NCBI RefSeq assembly: GCF_044704955.1
Contig: NC_091985.1
Coordinates: 145,824,001 to 145,888,000, forward strand
DNA length: 64,000 nucleotides
From: Pristiophorus japonicus
Taxonomy: Eukaryota
Direction of reading: 5' to 3'
A model generated the notes under the pieces. The model searched no databases. It was not told the origin of the DNA and worked only from the letters and a program-made list of their open reading frames with translations. The position numbers and the translations under genes are program-made. Shown here in pieces: positions 59,580-64,000 of this stretch (the stretch's first letter is position 1; every line of letters starts with the position of its first letter).

Positions 59580-61910
59580 CCTTAATCTTTCTCCAGTTTC
59601 TCTCCGATATCCCCTTACGACCTTTCTGAGCTCATCCTGTCCATGAGACCCACTTCCCGCTCCCTTGACCCTATTCCCACTAAACTGCTGACCACCCAAC
59701 TTCCTTTTCTGGCGCCCATGTAAGCTGACATTGTTAATGGTTCTCTCCCCTCAGGTACTGTCCCCCTCTCCCTCAAATCTGCCGTGAGCACCCCTCTCCT
59801 CAAAATACCAACCCTCGATCCCTCCGTCCTTGCAAACTACTGCTCCATCTCCAACTTCCCTTTCCTCTCCAAAGTCCTTGAACTTGTCGCCTCCCAAATC
59901 TGTGCCCATCATTCCCGCAATTCCATGTTTGAATCCCTCCAATCCGGTTTCTGCGCCTGTCACAGTACCGGAACATCTCTCATCAAAATCACAAATGACA
60001 TCCTTTGTAACTGTCACAAAGGCAAAAGAACCCTCCTCATCCTTCTTGACTTGTCTGCAGCCTTTGACACGGTTGACTGCTCTATCCTTCTCCAACGCCT
60101 CTCCACTGTCGTCCAGCTGGGTGGGACTGCACTCGCCTGGTTCCATTCTTATCTCTCTAATCGTAGCCAGAGAATCACCTGCAACGGCTTCTCTTCCTGC
60201 CCCCGCATTGTTACCTCTGGTGTCCCCCAAGGATCTATCCTTGGCCCCCTCCTATTTCTCATCTACATGATGCCCCTTGGCGACTTTTCAGAATGGCAGG
60301 CAGTGACTAGTGGGGCACCGCAAGGTTCTGTGCTGGGGCCCCAGCTGTTTACATTGTACATTAATGATTTAGACGAGGGGATTAAATGCAGTATCTCCAA
60401 ATTTGCAGATGACACTAAGTTGGGTGGCAGTGTGAGCTGCGAGGAGGATGCTATTAGGCTGCAGAGTGACTTGGATAGGTTAGGTGAGTGGGCAAATGCA
60501 TGGCAGATGAAGTATAATGTGGATAAATGTGAGGTTATCCACTTTGGTGGTAAAAACAGACAGACAGACTATTATCTGAATGGTGACAGATTAGGAAAAG
60601 GGGAGGTGCAACGTGACCTGGGTGTCATGGTACATCAGTCATTGAAGGTTGGCATGCAGGTACAGCAGGCGGTTAAGAAAGCAAATGGCATGTTGGCCTT
60701 CATAGCAAGGGGATTTGAGTACAGGGGCAGGGAGGTGTTGCTACAGTTGTACAGGGCCTTGGTGAGGCCACACCTGGAGTATTGTGTACAGTTTTGGTCT
60801 CCTAACTTGAGGAAGGACGTTCTTGCTATTGAGGGAGTGCAGCGAAGGTTCACCAGACTGATTCCCGGGATGGCGGGACTGACCTATCAAGAAAGACTGG
60901 ATCGACTGGGCTTGTATTCACTGAAGTTCAGAAGAATGAGAGGGGACCTCATAGAAACGTTTAAAATTCTGACGGGTTTAGACAGGTTAGATGCAGGAAG
61001 AATGTTCCCAATGTTGGGGAAGTCCAGAACCAGGGGTCACAGTCTAAGGATAAGGGGTAAGCCATTTAGGACCGAGATGAGGAGAAACTTCTTCACCCAG
61101 AGAGTGGTGAACCTGTGGAATTCTCTACCACAGAAAGTTGTTGAGGCCAATTCACTAAATATATTCAAAAAGGAGTTAGATGTAGTCCTTACTACTCGGG
61201 GAATCAAGGGGTATGGCGAGAAAGCAGGAATGGGGTACTGAAGTTGCATGTTCAGCCATGAACTCATTGAATGGCGGTGCAGGCTAGAAGGGCCGAATGG
61301 CCTACTCCTGCACCTATTTTCTATGTTTCTATGACATCAATCGGAAACACAGCGTCAGCCAATGCACTCCTGGCTGGCCTCCAAAATTATACCCTACGTA
61401 ACCTAGAGGTGATCCAAAACTCGGCTGCCCGTGTCCTAACTCGTACCAAGTCCCGCTTATCCATCACCTCTGTGCTCACTGACCTACATTGGCTTCCGAT
61501 TAAGCAATGCCTCGATTTCAAAATTCTCATCCTTATTTTCAAATCCCTCCATGGCCTCGCCCCTCCCAATCTGTATCATTTCCTCCAGCTCCACAGTCCC
61601 CCGAGATGTCTGCGCTCCTCTAATTCTGCCCTCCTGGGCATCCATGATTATAATTGCTCAACCATTGGTGGCCGTGCCTTCTGTTTCCTCGGCCCCCAGC
61701 TCTGGAACTCCCTGCTTAAACCTCTCCGCCTCTCTATCCTCCTTCAAGATGCTCCTTAAAACATACCTTTTGACTAAGCTTTTGGTCACCTGCGCTAATT
61801 TCTACTTATGCGACTTGGTGTCAAATTTTTATCACATAATACTCCTGTGAAGTGCCTTGGGACGTTTCACTACGTTAAAGGCGCTATATAAATACAAGTT
61901 GTTGTTGTTA
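59580..61910 (+). mobile_element. L2 LINE interrupted by a CR1
   Basis: [12 protein letters not shown] and GVPQGSILGP; resumes at 61333; (gtt)n tail. Confidence 0.92.
60285..61332 (+). mobile_element. Young 5'-truncated CR1 inserted in frame into the L2 RT
   Basis: Uninterrupted RT C-terminal half (KFADD); (tttctatg) tail; short gac duplication at 60282-60284 and 61333-61335. Confidence 0.93.
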
Positions 61911-62223
61911 ATAGCTTTGGTTAACAGAAAGCTATCAACCTCCGATTTAAAATTAACAATTGATCTAGCATCAATTGCCGTTTATGGAAGTGATTTCCAA
62001 ATGTCGACCACCCTTTATGTGTAGAAGTGTTCCTTATTTCATTAATTTTTAGACTATGCCCCCAGTCCTAGAATCCCTAGCCAGCGGATATAGTTTCTCT
62101 CTATCTACCCTATCTGTTCCCCTTAATATCTTGAAAACTTTTATCAAATCACCCCTTAATTATAAGGAATACAACCCTAATTTGTTTAATCTCTCCTCAT
62201 ACTTTAATCCTTGGAGTCCGGGT

Positions 62224-62400
62224 CATCATAGGCAGTCCCTCGGAATCGAGGAAGACTTGCTTCCACTCCTGAAGAGTTCTTTGGTGACGGAATGGTCCAA
62301 CACCAAAGCCACAGACTCTGTCACAGATAGTCGTTGAGATAGTGGGTGGGACTGGTTTACCACACGCTCTTTCCACTGCTTGCGCTTGATTTCCAGGTAT
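62224..62400 (-). mobile_element. RTE-type 3' end
   Basis: catcataggcagtccctc...gacttgcttccactc is the reverse complement of the tail near 36200. Confidence 0.7.
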
Positions 62401-62606
62401 CATTCTGGTAAACATACTCCCTCCAAGGTCAGTGTGACTGTGTGGCTGTGTGGGAGGCCTCACATTATGTGGGAGGGGCCAAGCTTCCAGAGGGTGATTA
62501 GTGGGTGGAGCTCAGTTTGACACTAATCAGCAGGAGGCTCTTAGACTATCACTAGTTTGTGCTGTAGTCAGGTGAGGTTCAAAGAGATTGCTAGTTAGTT
62601 CTGTGA

Positions 62607-64000
62607 TAGTGCAGTACTCCCTCTCTCTCGCCCACCCGCCAGTGCAACGCTCCCTCAGTACCGCCCCTCCGACAGTGCAGCGCTCCCTCAGTACTGCCCC
62701 TCCGACAGTGCAGCGCTCCCTCGGTACTGCCCCTCTGACAGTGCAGCACTCCCTCAGTACTGCCCCTCCGACAGTGCAGCACTCCCTCAGTACTGCCCCT
62801 CCGACAGTGCAGCGCTCCCTCAGTACCGCCCCTCCGACAGTGCAGCACTCCCTCAGTACTGCCCCTCCGACAGTGCAGCGCTCCTTCAGTACTGCCCCTC
62901 TGACAGTGCAACGCTCCCTCAGTACTGCCCCTCTGACAGTGCAACGCTCCCTCAGTACTGCCCCTATACAATGCAATACTCCCTCAGTACTGCCCCTCCA
63001 ACAGTGCAACGCTCCCTCAGTACTGCCCCTATACAATGCAACACTCCCTCAGTACTGCCCCTCCAACAGTGCAACGCTCCCTCAGTACTGCCCCTATACA
63101 ATGCAATACTCCCTCAGTACTGCCCCTCTGACAGTGCAACGCTCCTTCAGTACTGCCCCTATACAATGCAATACTCCCTCAGTACTGCCCCTGACAGTGC
63201 AACGCTCCCTCAGTACTGCCCCTGACAGTGCAACGCTCCCTCAGTACTGCCCCTATACAATGTAATACTCCCTCAGTACTGCCCCGCCCCTCTGACAGTG
63301 CAGCACTCCCTCAGTACTGCCCCTCCGACAGTGCAACGCTCCCTCAGTACTGTCCCTATACAATGCAATACTCCCTCAGTACTGCCCCTCCAACAGTGCA
63401 GCACTCCCTCAGTACTGCACCTCTGACAGTGCAACGCTCCCTCAGTACTGCACCTCTGACAGTGCAGCACTCCCTCAGTACTGCACCTATGTGCAGCACT
63501 CCCTCAGTACTGCCCCTCTGACAGTGCAACGCTCCCTCAGTACTGCCCCTATACAATGCAATACTCCCTCAGTACTGCCCCTCCAACAGTACAACGCTCC
63601 CTCAGTACTGCCCCTATACAATGCAATACTCCCTCAGTACTGCCCCGCCCCTCTGACAGTGCAGCACTCCCTCAGTACTGCCCCTCCGACAGTGCAGCAC
63701 TCCCTCAGTACTGCCCCTATACAATGCAATACTCCCTCAGTACTGCCCCTCCAACAGTGCAACGCTCCCTCAGTACTGCCCCTATACAATGCAATACTCC
63801 CTCAGTACTGCCCCTCTGACAGTGCGGCACTCCCTCAGTACTGCCCCTATACAATGCAATACTCCCTCAGTACTGCCCCTCCGACAGTGCAGCACTCCCT
63901 CAGTACTGCCCCTCTGACAGTGCAGCACTCCCTCAGTACTGCCCCTCTGACAGTGCAACGCTCCCTCAGTACTCCCCCTATACAATGCAATACTCCCTCA
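62607..64000. repeat. Satellite, ~33-bp unit (ctccctcagtactgcccctccgacagtgcagca), about 40 units, running off the window end
   Basis: Visible tandem units with tatacaatgcaata variants. Confidence 0.96.

Noticed and set aside
62527-63985. Repetitive ORFs (STAPPTVQRSL..., mucin-like)
   Set aside because: Translations of a 33-bp satellite, open on both strands.

Overview
Vertebrate genomic DNA. The repeat families (CR1 with SGNH-esterase ORF1, L2, DeuSINE-like, Penelope-type, Tx1) point to a cartilaginous fish; this is an inference. Three spliced genes were reconstructed by hand. (1) The first coding exon of MEMO1 (- strand, 1786-1846). (2) A complete 12-exon BUD23/WBSCR22 (+ strand, 3549-31988, 281 aa), head-to-head with MEMO1. 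(3) A complete RNASET2 with 9 coding exons (- strand, 50357-34809, 255 aa), convergent with BUD23. The rest is mostly retroelements, several nested, plus three large tandem repeats. Highlights: a poly(A)-tailed U2/U1 snRNA chimera (SINEU-like, 45749-46067) in an RNASET2 intron; a canonical two-hairpin H/ACA guide RNA in BUD23 intron 10 (about 29189-29322), possibly targeting U12; a Tx1-like LINE inserted with a 16-bp TSD into a CR1 RT region; an in-frame L2/CR1 chimeric RT ORF; a Penelope-type minimal hammerhead; and a satellite derived from a SINE core. Family names and snRNA comparisons come from recalled sequences, not database searches.
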